From contig CAWEWF010000001.1 of the NCBI GenBank assembly GCA_963812605.1, forward strand, positions 32,001-96,000: a stretch of 64,000 bases of DNA. Direction: 5' to 3'. The stretch's first letter is position 1. Every line of letters begins with the position of its first letter. A model generated the notes under the pieces. That model searched no databases and was not told where the DNA came from. It saw only the letters and a program-made list of their open reading frames with translations. The translations under genes were made by a program, and so were the position numbers. Origin of the DNA: an uncultured Verrucomicrobiae bacterium. Its GTDB lineage: Bacteria; Verrucomicrobiota; Verrucomicrobiia; Palsa-1439. This document shows, piece by piece, positions 19,694 to 29,499 of this stretch.

Positions 19694-20059
19694 TCAATGA
19701 AAGTTGATCAGCCGCATCCGGTAGAATTGATGCGTGGACGTTGCGAAGTCGCTTACCTCGCCGCTGACGCTCCCGGTCACCATCAACATCGAGGAGTAAT
19801 CCGCCCAGGACACCACATTGGTGCTCCGCTGAATCGTAAAGGTGGTAACGTTCGTGCCGGTGGGGTCGATCACGGCGAAATCGACGCCGATGCTATTGTC
19901 TGCCGGCCGGTAGACAACTCCCGTGATGCCCGCTCGCACCCCTGCGGCATTGGTAATTGTTAGATCTGACCACGCCGACCCGGCACTCACCAGAAAGGCG
20001 AGGGCCACGATGAGTTGACTGACTGCGGCGTGCCCGATCCTCCTTCGGGCCGTTCCCAT
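19694..20059 (-). CDS. Small secreted protein consisting of a verrucomicrobial C-terminal-type domain
   Basis: Signal peptide (SAWS|D); 'FTIQRSTNVVSW...HQFYRMRL'. Confidence 0.65.
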   Translation of the reverse strand: MGTARRRIGHAAVSQLIVALAFLVSAGSAWSDLTITNAAGVRAGITGVVYRPADNSIGVDFAVIDPTGTNVTTFTIQRSTNVVSWADYSSMLMVTGSVSGEVSDFATSTHQFYRMRLINFH

Positions 20060-20196
20060 ACAGTAAGTTCGTCCACGGTGCGGACTCTGTCAATCGGCTC
20101 GCGAAGAACGGTCGCCGCTTGACGCGCGGATGAATTCCGACGATAAATAAGTGGAGCGGGATTGTTGTAGCGATTTTGATAATGGAGGAATTGGCC

Positions 20197-21468
20197 ATGA
20201 TGAATTTGGAAGCTCAGGTACATGAATTTGTTCGGGAAGGATTTGCTCACAAATCCGGCAAAGCCGCGGTGACGGCGAAGGATGATCCCGAATGGCGCAA
20301 AGTGCGCGACGTGGGAACGCGTTTGTGGCTCGACACAGGCGACATGGATGAGGCGGCCAAGTTGTGGAATTCATCGTTCGACGCGCTGACGACCAACAAC
20401 ACGCTGCTGAACAAGGAAATCCAAAAGGGGATCTACGACGACCTTGTCGCCAAGGCCGCCCGCGTCGTCCTTGAAGCCGCGCCAAAAATCAGCGAGCCGG
20501 ACCTTATCCTGGAGATCGCGTTCATCCTGAACGCCCACCACGCGCTGCGGCTCGTCGACCGATTCGGCGCGTTCGTCAGCGTTGAGTTGCATACCGATCT
20601 TTCCAATGACGTCGAGCGCACGGTCGCCTACGGCAAGCGCTACTTCGCGATTTGCCCCGAAAGATTCTATGTGAAAGTGCCGCTCACGCCCGCGGGCTAT
20701 CTCAGCGCGCGCAAACTCGCGCAAACGGGTATCCCGCTCAACTTCACGCTGGGCTTCTCCGCGCGGCACAATTATGTCGCCGCCTTGCTCACCAAGCCCG
20801 ATTACGTCAATGTGTTCCTCGGGCGGCTGAACTCGGTTGTGGCCGACAACAAACTGGGGGACGGTCGTAATGTCGGCGAGAAGGCGACGTTGGCCACCCA
20901 GCGCGAATTGCTCACCCTCCGCAAGGCAGGCCGCACCAAAACGAAACTCATCGCCGCCAGTATCCGCTCGGGCGCCCAAATCGGCGATCTCGCCGGGGTG
21001 GACATCTTCACCATGCCAACTAAGGCCGCCACCGAGTACCGCGCCAACCCGCGTCCAGAAGTCGTCTCCCAGGTGAACAAGGACCCCGAGGTGCCGCTTA
21101 CCAACGGTGTGACCCTCGCACAATTTGGCGGGGAGACACTTTGGAACGTGCCGCCGCCATTCCAGGCTGCTGTCGAAGATCTGCTCCACAAAAACCTCGA
21201 CACGCTTACGCCCGACGACCTGCAAGCGCATTTCGAGAAGGCTGGCCTGGGCGGTTTCCTGCCGCGTTGGACCGCCGCCGACATCCAGACCGCAACGAAG
21301 GACGGGAAGATTCCTGTCTACGCGACCTGGAAGGACCGTCTGGCATCCGGCAAAGTCGGATTGGATGCCTTGATGAATCTCAGCGCGCTCTACTCCTTCG
21401 CGACCGACCAAAAGGCGCTCGATGATCGTATCCGTTCGCTGCTAAAGAAGGCGAACATTCAGGCATAG
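20197..21468 (+). CDS. Transaldolase family protein (long variant)
   Basis: LWLDTG, TTNNTL, FYVKVP (Schiff-base Lys), NFTLGFS, VFLGRL, LIAASIR; RBS GGAGGA upstream. Confidence 0.88.
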   Translation: MMNLEAQVHEFVREGFAHKSGKAAVTAKDDPEWRKVRDVGTRLWLDTGDMDEAAKLWNSSFDALTTNNTLLNKEIQKGIYDDLVAKAARVVLEAAPKISEPDLILEIAFILNAHHALRLVDRFGAFVSVELHTDLSNDVERTVAYGKRYFAICPERFYVKVPLTPAGYLSARKLAQTGIPLNFTLGFSARHNYVAALLTKPDYVNVFLGRLNSVVADNKLGDGRNVGEKATLATQRELLTLRKAGRTKTKLIAASIRSGAQIGDLAGVDIFTMPTKAATEYRANPRPEVVSQVNKDPEVPLTNGVTLAQFGGETLWNVPPPFQAAVEDLLHKNLDTLTPDDLQAHFEKAGLGGFLPRWTAADIQTATKDGKIPVYATWKDRLASGKVGLDALMNLSALYSFATDQKALDDRIRSLLKKANIQA

Positions 21469-21530
21469 ACCTAAACGCTGGCACGAATTCTCGCACAGCA
21501 ACTCGTTCCCAAACCGCCTCCACTGGCGGA

Positions 21531-21627
21531 AAACGAACCCATTTGTCATTTTTGTGCAATGTACCTTAACTATTTAGTACCCTGACCTTTCCAATGGCAT
21601 TTTAACAAAAACGATTTGGGTTCGTTT
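21531..21627. repeat. 11-bp inverted repeat AAACGAACCCA...TGGGTTCGTTT around a 75-bp AT-rich spacer
   Basis: Arms at 21531-21541 and 21617-21627 are perfect reverse complements. Confidence 0.75.
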
Positions 21628-21864
21628 CGCAGAAAGCAGTGTTTTTTGCACCCTCTCCCTCGTCAAAACTCACCGCCCGAACTCAGTTGTCAAAGAACCG
21701 CAACCATTCTAGCTGCAACCCCTCCGCTCGTCCAGCCAAATATCAATTTACGATATTATCTCCTGTGTAAGAAAGCCTTGCTTTCGGGAAACCAGCGGTA
21801 TAGAAGCCTCTCAGGCGAGGATTCTGATTTGGTCTGTGGCTCAAAGCGGTGAAAGGCGGCGAGC

Positions 21865-24800
21865 ATGAATATGACCGGCGAGCGCATCCGACTTCGGCTG
21901 ACACTTCTTTCAGTTATCTGTTTTTTGGCACCCGTGAGAGCGAGCCTTGCGCAGGATGTGACCATCACCAATTTGACGCAGTTGGCTGAAGTGGCCTTCA
22001 GCGCGAATCATAGCCTGTATTTGCCGTGGACGCCGTGGCAGTGGCGGGCGTACCCTACGGACAATGGCGAGCCGTGGTGGGTGGATTGCTCGCAAGTGGC
22101 CTGCACCGACTTGCTGTCCACACCCACCAATTCCTGCGCGACGCTCCAGATGCACGGGGTAACGGTTACGTCCGTGGTTTTGACCAAGAACATTCTGACG
22201 GGCGAAACGTTGGTACAGTCCGGATGCTCGACGGATGTGATCGCGAGCATTGCCGCGCCGAGCGGCTACCAGCCCGGCGCGCAATTGGGCTACAACGCCT
22301 GGGTCTGGCGGGAATGGCAGCAGGTGACTAACTGCCTCGATTGCTGGGGGCTAACAGCCGACGAAATTCCGTCGCCCATCGTCACGCTCAAGACACGGCT
22401 GGCTGATGCCAGCACCTACTCCATCTACCAGAGCAACGTAGAGGCTGACGCCGAAGCCGCAGCAGCGGCCTGGGCGTCATCTGCGTCAAGTTTCACAACA
22501 AGCGGTGGCTTCACGGCGATGGCAGGCGGGATGATGATGGGGATGGACGACGATGTTTCCTGCCTTATCACGGATGAAACTTTGCCCTTTTCGGCCACGC
22601 AGATCGACCAAGATAGCTCGGGCAACACTTTCCTGACCTGGACCTCATGCAGCGACCACATCTATGGGGTATTTTCGTCAGCCGATTTGAGTAACTGGGT
22701 CGGGGTGACTGCGATGTGGGGCGCCGACCTCTCAACGACATGGGAAGATACGAATACGGCGAACGGTGTTACCAGCCAATTCTATAAAGTCGTCCGAATT
22801 CCGCCCGACGAGGGCTACAATAGCGACGCCATCCCCAGCGGCTGGGCGGTGGACAACGGGCTGAATCCGCTCGATCCGAACCTGGATAACGAAGACCCCA
22901 CTGGCGACGGATACAGCATTCTGGCGGACTATCTAAACGGGACCAACCCGAATGTGTCGAACACACCGCCGGTGTCCAGCATCAACAACGGCAACCTGTA
23001 CACCACGGTACTGACCATCCCCATCCAGCCGACGAATACGAATTATCCGAACATTCTGGTGAGCCTCGATCCCACGATGAGCAACGCGACGGTTCTGGCC
23101 AATACGGGCGCACCCATTAACTATACGTTGCCCGACAACGGTGATGGTGGGTATGAGTTGTTCTTACAGTATGCGGATGCGCAGGGCCAGCCGCACGGCC
23201 CGATTCTGAGCGAGGTTGTCATTGTGGATCGGACGCCGCCAGTGACGTACATCACGTCTCCGGCCAGCAACGCCGTGCTGGATCAGGCGTTTATCACGTT
23301 GCAAGCTGTGGCCTATGATCCGAACCCGGTGTTGCCGGATGCCACGCGTCCGCTGAAAATCTGGATCAATGGGCAGCCATTCTGGGACCGAGACGGAACC
23401 AATATCGTGATCGAGCGGTTTCCAGTCCCCGCGGGAACCAACTCTTTCACCGTCACGATTCAAGTCACCGATCAAGCCGGGAATAGCAATCAAACCATGC
23501 AGACATGGACCGTCGATCCCAGCGGCGACACCACGGCCCCGCAATTATCCTCATTCAACATCGCGACCAACATGCTGCTGCCAAACGTCAGCACGGTTTG
23601 GGTCGAAGGGGCGGTCGACGATAGCAACGCGCTGGTCAACGCGATCGTGAGTTCGGACAGTGGTGATGTCACGACCAACGCGCTGCATATCCGTGGCTTA
23701 CAGTTTGAGGGCTCGGTACCGCTGGAATTCGGTACGAACCAGCTCATGTTGCTGGCCTTCGACGCGGCGGGCAACACATCCTCGAACACCTTCATGATTA
23801 TCACCTCGGATCGCTACCGCTTCGAGATTACCTCGCCGGCATTTGGGCAGTTCGCCACCGCGCCCTCGAACACGGTCAGCGGCTATGTGAGCGCTCTCTT
23901 TGACGAGGGCCTGCCGACGCAAACGAACGTCACCAGCGTGTTCATCAACGGCGTCGCGGCGGTGCTATGCACGAATACTGACGCCAACGGCAATCGATCG
24001 TTCACCACGACCAACGCCATACCGCTGGGCGTACCCATCACAGGATTTCTGGCCGGTCCGGGCATCCCGACCGATCCGCCACCGGACCCGCCAGCCCAGT
24101 CTCAGGTGTACGAAGTCACCGAGAAAGTAGAGGTCAACGACGCGATTTATTCGCCTACGATACCGTGGGACTCCTCATTGTTGAGTCCCTCACCACCGGC
24201 TTACTCGATGGGTTCGCTCTACAGTCCTGACATTGATCAAGCTTTCTTTAATTGGGGTCCTATTTATAGAGCTGACATTGGTGTTTTTGACTATAGTTGT
24301 TGGGTCGACATTGAAGCATTACACCAGATAACGACCGTAACACAGGAATTCGATGCAGTGACGAGTCAGGTGCAATCAAATTGGACAGAGGAGCTTGACG
24401 CTCCTCCCTACGACTACTACCCCCCTCTTCCTGGAACCTCCATCTGTACCGACCCGGTAGGTCCGGATAACATCGCGTGGGTAATAAGTTCTCCAGACGA
24501 CGAAGTATCGACGGTATCTGGCCCGATCGGGCGCGGATTGTCTATCGGAACCTATGAATATGCTCACGGCGAAGCCGTGAGTGACAACGAGATTTACTGT
24601 GGGGGCCCGTACCCCTCGTTCACGGATGTCGCTTTGTGGCGTAACCGGGATACCAGCAGCATCCATTTCCGCGCGCCACGAGAATATGACACGAACACCA
24701 CGGTGATCTTCACCTTCGAGGGAGTGGATTATCGAAGGCGGGACGGTGTTCCTCGGGACTTGAGCCAGATCACGTTTCGCGGGCAGAGTCCCATTGCCTA

Positions 24801-25701
24801 CAGCAACGAGGCGCAGACGGTCAGCTACCTGATAACCGTGGATGGTGGCAGGGAATACACGATTTGTGAGGACGACTTCACGTGGCCTGCCGATCAGCAG
24901 GTACACGATTACACCTACTATTATTCAACCACCTGCTTCGATGGATCGCCGTTCCATGATCAGCTGGTTGGCACCTGGACCGAAGACATGCACTGGCTCA
25001 CCTGGACGAATTTTCACAATCACACAGTGGATTTGATCGTCCAAGAGGTCGGGCAGGCTGGATATACACCAAATCTCAAAAACGCAGCGGGACAGCTGAA
25101 GGTCAATTATCGCCAGCCGCTGCAAAACGCACGACTGTTGGATATGCGACAAACCTGCCAAAACGCCGGTTCATTCAGCGTGTACGTTTATCAGGGACAC
25201 GCGGGAATCATTAGTAACCAGCCGGGCATCGCTGCGTATACAGGGTTGAACTGCATATTTCCATCCAATTGTCCTGCAGGGACGCCAACTTATGACGTAG
25301 GGCTCTTCACATACAAGGCTGATGTGTATTTCTTGACCAGTGTTATCATGCCCAACATAGTGGGCGATTTCACGGCAGGTCAGGGCATGTCGCGTCTTGT
25401 GGTAATTATGGGCTGCGAATCAGGTACGAGTTGGCCGCCCGGTTTCACACAGGCGGGCGCCAAAGTGTTAATCTATTCTGGAGGTGAAGTTGATGCTGCG
25501 ACAGCGAGCGGCGCCATCAACGCATTCTTCAACACCCTCGCGAGTGGCCAAACCATCGCCGACGCGCTTGGTGCGGCAAACCAGATAATCGATAACTATA
25601 ATTCACATCCGGGCGCAACAGGGCAAATGAACGAAATGACAGCCGTTTACGGAAGTGGTGTTTCTGGAGCGAACACTTTTGTAGACATTATGAAACCGTA
25701 G
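21865..25701 (+). CDS. Large secreted multidomain protein: TSP3-like repeat, Ig-like domains, C-terminal caspase/CHAT-like (clan CD) peptidase domain
   Basis: Signal peptide; 'GLNPLDP..EDPTGDGYS..DYLNGTNP'; 'DRTPPVTYITSP' and 'DTTAPQ' Ig boundaries; 'YVYQGHAG' and 'LVVIMGCESG...FTQAGAK...FFNTLASGQTIADAL'. Confidence 0.8.
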   Translation: MNMTGERIRLRLTLLSVICFLAPVRASLAQDVTITNLTQLAEVAFSANHSLYLPWTPWQWRAYPTDNGEPWWVDCSQVACTDLLSTPTNSCATLQMHGVTVTSVVLTKNILTGETLVQSGCSTDVIASIAAPSGYQPGAQLGYNAWVWREWQQVTNCLDCWGLTADEIPSPIVTLKTRLADASTYSIYQSNVEADAEAAAAAWASSASSFTTSGGFTAMAGGMMMGMDDDVSCLITDETLPFSATQIDQDSSGNTFLTWTSCSDHIYGVFSSADLSNWVGVTAMWGADLSTTWEDTNTANGVTSQFYKVVRIPPDEGYNSDAIPSGWAVDNGLNPLDPNLDNEDPTGDGYSILADYLNGTNPNVSNTPPVSSINNGNLYTTVLTIPIQPTNTNYPNILVSLDPTMSNATVLANTGAPINYTLPDNGDGGYELFLQYADAQGQPHGPILSEVVIVDRTPPVTYITSPASNAVLDQAFITLQAVAYDPNPVLPDATRPLKIWINGQPFWDRDGTNIVIERFPVPAGTNSFTVTIQVTDQAGNSNQTMQTWTVDPSGDTTAPQLSSFNIATNMLLPNVSTVWVEGAVDDSNALVNAIVSSDSGDVTTNALHIRGLQFEGSVPLEFGTNQLMLLAFDAAGNTSSNTFMIITSDRYRFEITSPAFGQFATAPSNTVSGYVSALFDEGLPTQTNVTSVFINGVAAVLCTNTDANGNRSFTTTNAIPLGVPITGFLAGPGIPTDPPPDPPAQSQVYEVTEKVEVNDAIYSPTIPWDSSLLSPSPPAYSMGSLYSPDIDQAFFNWGPIYRADIGVFDYSCWVDIEALHQITTVTQEFDAVTSQVQSNWTEELDAPPYDYYPPLPGTSICTDPVGPDNIAWVISSPDDEVSTVSGPIGRGLSIGTYEYAHGEAVSDNEIYCGGPYPSFTDVALWRNRDTSSIHFRAPREYDTNTTVIFTFEGVDYRRRDGVPRDLSQITFRGQSPIAYSNEAQTVSYLITVDGGREYTICEDDFTWPADQQVHDYTYYYSTTCFDGSPFHDQLVGTWTEDMHWLTWTNFHNHTVDLIVQEVGQAGYTPNLKNAAGQLKVNYRQPLQNARLLDMRQTCQNAGSFSVYVYQGHAGIISNQPGIAAYTGLNCIFPSNCPAGTPTYDVGLFTYKADVYFLTSVIMPNIVGDFTAGQGMSRLVVIMGCESGTSWPPGFTQAGAKVLIYSGGEVDAATASGAINAFFNTLASGQTIADALGAANQIIDNYNSHPGATGQMNEMTAVYGSGVSGANTFVDIMKP

Positions 25702-25710
25702 GAGATCAAC

Positions 25711-26256
25711 ATGAAATCGAAGCGGAGGACAAGGGTTGCGTATGGACTCATTCTTCTCATGTGCGGACTCTTCCTTTTTTTCTTTTATACTCCGGTTGGA
25801 CTTTTATCGCAGGCATCTCTAGCGCTCAAAATACAACCTCTTTACCTCCGATTTCTTTCTGCGCGGGTGGCCGCCACCGGCGGGGTGTATTGCAAAGACG
25901 GTGTTGCCCGGCAGCTGTACATGTCGGGAATGAATAATCTATGGGCCGCTCACGAGGCTGTGAGCGCAGCAATTGCTCAGCGGCCATATCCAATGGGTTT
26001 CCGCCGTCGGGCTTATATCGAAATGGGCACCGGCTCCTACAGCAACGCAGTTGCGGATTTTGAACAGGCCTTGAGCCTGTGGCAGCATGAGCAATACGAT
26101 TTCGACTTTAATCCAACAGGGACGTCCAACAGCCTTGAAATAGCGCAGGCGTGTGCTGCAGCGAAAAATAAGTATTGGTTGGATCGGAATAATAGGCCGG
26201 AGAATCCGTCCACGCCACCCGATTTCGAGCCGAAGCAAACGCAGCCAAGCCCATGA
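25711..26256 (+). CDS. Membrane-anchored TPR-like protein
   Basis: N-terminal TM helix; 'AAIAQRP..MGFRRRAYIEMGTGSYSNAVADFEQALSL' TPR; RBS GGAG 9 bp after the upstream stop. Confidence 0.65.
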   Translation: MKSKRRTRVAYGLILLMCGLFLFFFYTPVGLLSQASLALKIQPLYLRFLSARVAATGGVYCKDGVARQLYMSGMNNLWAAHEAVSAAIAQRPYPMGFRRRAYIEMGTGSYSNAVADFEQALSLWQHEQYDFDFNPTGTSNSLEIAQACAAAKNKYWLDRNNRPENPSTPPDFEPKQTQPSP

Positions 26257-26283
26257 TAGGATAGTAGCCCGTCAATCCCGAGG

Positions 26284-26889
26284 ATGAACATGACGGATAA
26301 GCGAACGAAACAGATCCTGACCGGCGCGCTCATTCTGAATTCGCTCTTGCTCGGCTTGATGCTTTTCTTCTTGTTTGCGGCGGTAAGCTGCATCTCGACT
26401 GTTTTGGATCAGGAGTCGAGTTACAAAGCGTTTCCTTCCATTACAGAGTGGGCAGTCAATTTCCGTCCCAAGAATTTAATTTCAACGTTGTCGCTGATTA
26501 TCGTTGTCGTAGCGACGTCTTTGTTTGTGGGCCTGTCGTTGAAGAGGAGCGTACAAGACATCTCTGGCATCTTCCTATATTTCACTATTCATTCATCCCT
26601 GTGGTTACTAGCGGGCGCCTATTTTCTTTTCTTTGTCATGGCGGTAGCATTCTCTTACATTCATGTTGGCGGCGGGTTATATACGGCGTCCAACGCCCCG
26701 CCGCCGCCACCATCGATGATCGCTACGCCGTCTGTTGATTCACGCATCTGGCTTGCGGCAGCTCTGGCCTATTCAGTCGGATTGTTCATACGTGCAATCA
26801 CAGTCTCGCGGAGACGCAAGGAAGCTGAGTGGAAAGTGAGACCAATAAGGGGTCAGGTCTCGGAAAGGGAGTCAGGGCTTGACACCTGA
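26284..26889 (+). CDS. Hypothetical multi-pass membrane protein (~4 TM)
   Basis: Four hydrophobic segments; lower GC than flanks. Confidence 0.6.
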   Translation: MNMTDKRTKQILTGALILNSLLLGLMLFFLFAAVSCISTVLDQESSYKAFPSITEWAVNFRPKNLISTLSLIIVVVATSLFVGLSLKRSVQDISGIFLYFTIHSSLWLLAGAYFLFFVMAVAFSYIHVGGGLYTASNAPPPPPSMIATPSVDSRIWLAAALAYSVGLFIRAITVSRRRKEAEWKVRPIRGQVSERESGLDT

Positions 26890-27107
26890 TAGGCTCCCTC
26901 CTCGAAGAAATCAAGTAATCGGGGTCAACTCAGCACACTGGACAATTGACGCAAGAAGGCCCACGGCGGTGGGTGTCTATTTCTCTTATTACTTCACGGA
27001 TTTCGACCTGCCCTTGCCCCAATTTGGTGGACACCTGTGGTGTATAAGTGTGTCCCGAAAGAACACACCATGAACCCCAAAGTGATCAGCGCGGAAGGTG
27101 ATCTCAG

Positions 27108-27290
27108 CTAGGGAGCGGACTGCGATTTTGGCGCGACGGAGGCGGGAGAATTTGTCTGGTTGTTCGTCGCTGCGGGATAACTGGAAGGCCCCAGGACAGA
27201 GCGCTTGCTGCTGTAGGAACTCGCTGGCGACGCCGTTCCACACCCGGTCATCAACAATCCCAGGAGCGCCATCAGTCCAAATGAGCCCAT
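27108..27290 (-). CDS. Putative small lipoprotein
   Basis: MGSFGLMALLGLLMTGC (lipobox-like) followed by an S/P/N-rich tail; start uncertain. Confidence 0.35.
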   Translation of the reverse strand: MGSFGLMALLGLLMTGCGTASPASSYSSKRSVLGPSSYPAATNNQTNSPASVAPKSQSAP

Positions 27291-27452
27291 CCGCTTGCTG
27301 GTCTTTTCACAATTCAACACAAGCCATTTCCTACCACCATTTGGAGGACTCAACAAGCCGGGACTGCGCAACCGCCTTTTGGGTTTGACTCAGCGGCGCG
27401 ATTCGATACCCTGCTCAGACCTCATTCGTGTTGATTCTTTGGTTTGAAAATT

Positions 27453-28651
27453 ATGGCGAAACTTTCCATTAGCGACTTGAAAGACTTCCGCAACCAGCGC
27501 GTACTGGTGCGGGTGGATTATAACGTGCCGCTTGATGAAGCTGGGGGGATTACGGACGATAAACGCATCAAGGCGACCATGCCGACGCTCGATTATCTGG
27601 TGAAAGGGGGCGCCAAGGTGATCCTGTGCTCGCATCTTGGCCGTCCGAAAGGCAAGCGCGACCCCAAGCAGAGTCTCCGGCCCGTGGCGCAGCGCCTGGC
27701 GGAAATCCTTGGGCGACCGGTGGCCTTCGTGGATGATTGCATCGGCGAGAAGGTGGACAAAACGATCAGTATCATGCAGCCGGGCGATGTGGTTTTACTG
27801 GAGAACCTCCGTTTCTACGCCGAAGAAGAAGAAAACGATCCGTCGTTCGCGGAGAAGCTGGCGAAGAATGCCGATCTGTATGTGAATGATGCCTTTGGGT
27901 CGGCGCATCGCGCCCATGCTTCGACGGAAGGCGTGGCGCAAATCATCAAGAAACGCGGGGGTAACTGCGTGGCGGGTTTCCTCATGGAGAAGGAATTGAA
28001 ATATCTCGGAGGGGCACTTAGTTCCCCCAAGAGACCGTTCATTTGCATTCTCGGGGGTGCCAAGGTTTCGGACAAGATCGCCGTCATCGAGAATTGCTTA
28101 CACAAGCGGATGCGATTCTTATCGGCGGGGCAATGGCTTACACGTTCTTAAAGACGCAAGGATTTGGGGTGGGGAATTCCCTCGTGGAAAACGACAAACT
28201 TGAAATGGCGAAGTCGTTGCTCGACAAGGCGAAGGGTAAAAGTTTCTTCTGCCAAGTGATCACCTGCAAGCGACCAAACCCGCCGCAGGCGCAACGACCC
28301 GCATTACGGACGGGCCGAGCATTGAAGACGGTTGGTGCGGCGTGGACATCGGACCCGACACCATCGCGCGCTACAATAAAGAAATCGCCTCGGCGAAGAC
28401 CATCGTCTGGAATGGGCCGATGGGCATTTTTGAAATCCCCGAGTATTCGAAGGGCACGTTCGAGGTCGCCAAAGCCGTAGCTGGAAACAAGGATGCGATT
28501 TCGATTATCGGCGGCGGGGACAGCGCGAAGGCCGCGAAGAAGGCGGGCGTGGACAAGGAAGTCACGTTCGTTACGCACCGGCGGCGGGGCGTCGCTCGAG
28601 TTTTTGGAAGGAAAAGAATTGCCCGGCGTGGCCGCGCTGAGCGACAAGTAA
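27453..28651 (+). CDS. pgk: Phosphoglycerate kinase; three apparent frameshifts (~28097, ~28240, ~28574)
   Basis: [72 protein letters not shown]; stop 28649-28651. Confidence 0.93.
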
Positions 28652-28671
28652 CGACCGACCCGACAAAGCCA

Positions 28672-29442
28672 ATGAATTCAAATCGCAAACCGATTATCGC
28701 GGGCAACTGGAAGATGTATAAAACGGCGGCGGAAGCACTCGCTTTGGTCAACGGACTTAAAAGCGAGCTTGTCGGCGTGAGGGACACGGACGTGGACACC
28801 GTTGTCTGCCCGCCGTTCACGGCGCTTTACGCGGTGAGTACCCTGTTGCAGGATTCGAACATCCAACTTGGCGCGCAAAACGTCCACTGGGAGAAGGAAG
28901 GCGCATTCACGGGTGAAATTGCCGCGCCAATGCTCAAGGAGTTGGCTGTGCGCTATGCTGTCGTTGGCCATAGCGAACGGCGGCAGTATTTCGGCGAAAC
29001 GAACGAAGGGGTCAACAAGCGCGCCAAAGCTGCACTGGCCAACGGGATCCGCCCGATTGTTTGCGTGGGCGAAATGCTCGCGCATCGCGAAGCCGGACAC
29101 ACGGAAGCGGTTGTGCGCGAACAGGTAACAGGGGGGCTTGCGGGTTTCACCAAAGATGCTATGCTCAATGTCGTCATTGCCTATGAACCTGTCTGGGCAA
29201 TTGGCACAGGAAAAACAGCCACCCCTGCACAGGCGCAGGAAGTGCACGCGTTCATCCGCGAACTGCTCGCGGCGATGTTTGATTCGTCGGTGGCCGCCAA
29301 GGTGCGGATTCAGTACGGCGGCAGCGTGAAAGCGGCCAACGCAAAGGAATTGCTGGGTCAGGCCGATATCGATGGCGCGCTGGTTGGCGGTGCAAGCCTC
29401 GAAGCAAAAGGATTCGCGGATATCGTCAAGGCTGCGTTATAG
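28672..29442 (+). CDS. tpiA: Triosephosphate isomerase
   Basis: [42 protein letters not shown]. Confidence 0.97.
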   Translation: MNSNRKPIIAGNWKMYKTAAEALALVNGLKSELVGVRDTDVDTVVCPPFTALYAVSTLLQDSNIQLGAQNVHWEKEGAFTGEIAAPMLKELAVRYAVVGHSERRQYFGETNEGVNKRAKAALANGIRPIVCVGEMLAHREAGHTEAVVREQVTGGLAGFTKDAMLNVVIAYEPVWAIGTGKTATPAQAQEVHAFIRELLAAMFDSSVAAKVRIQYGGSVKAANAKELLGQADIDGALVGGASLEAKGFADIVKAAL

Positions 29443-29499
29443 TGTCTGGAGTTGGCGCAGGCGCGGATTGAAACTGCCCTGCAAACGAAAGAAAAATTC

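Noticed and set aside
21479-21494. Sigma54 promoter (TGGCACGAATTCTCGC)
   Set aside because: GG-to-GC spacing is 11 nt rather than the required 10.
28342-29442. Apparent PGK-TPI fusion ORF (366 aa)
   Set aside because: Created by an indel near 28574; the true pgk C-terminus ([24 protein letters not shown]) ends at 28651 in another frame and tpiA has its own ATG at 28672.
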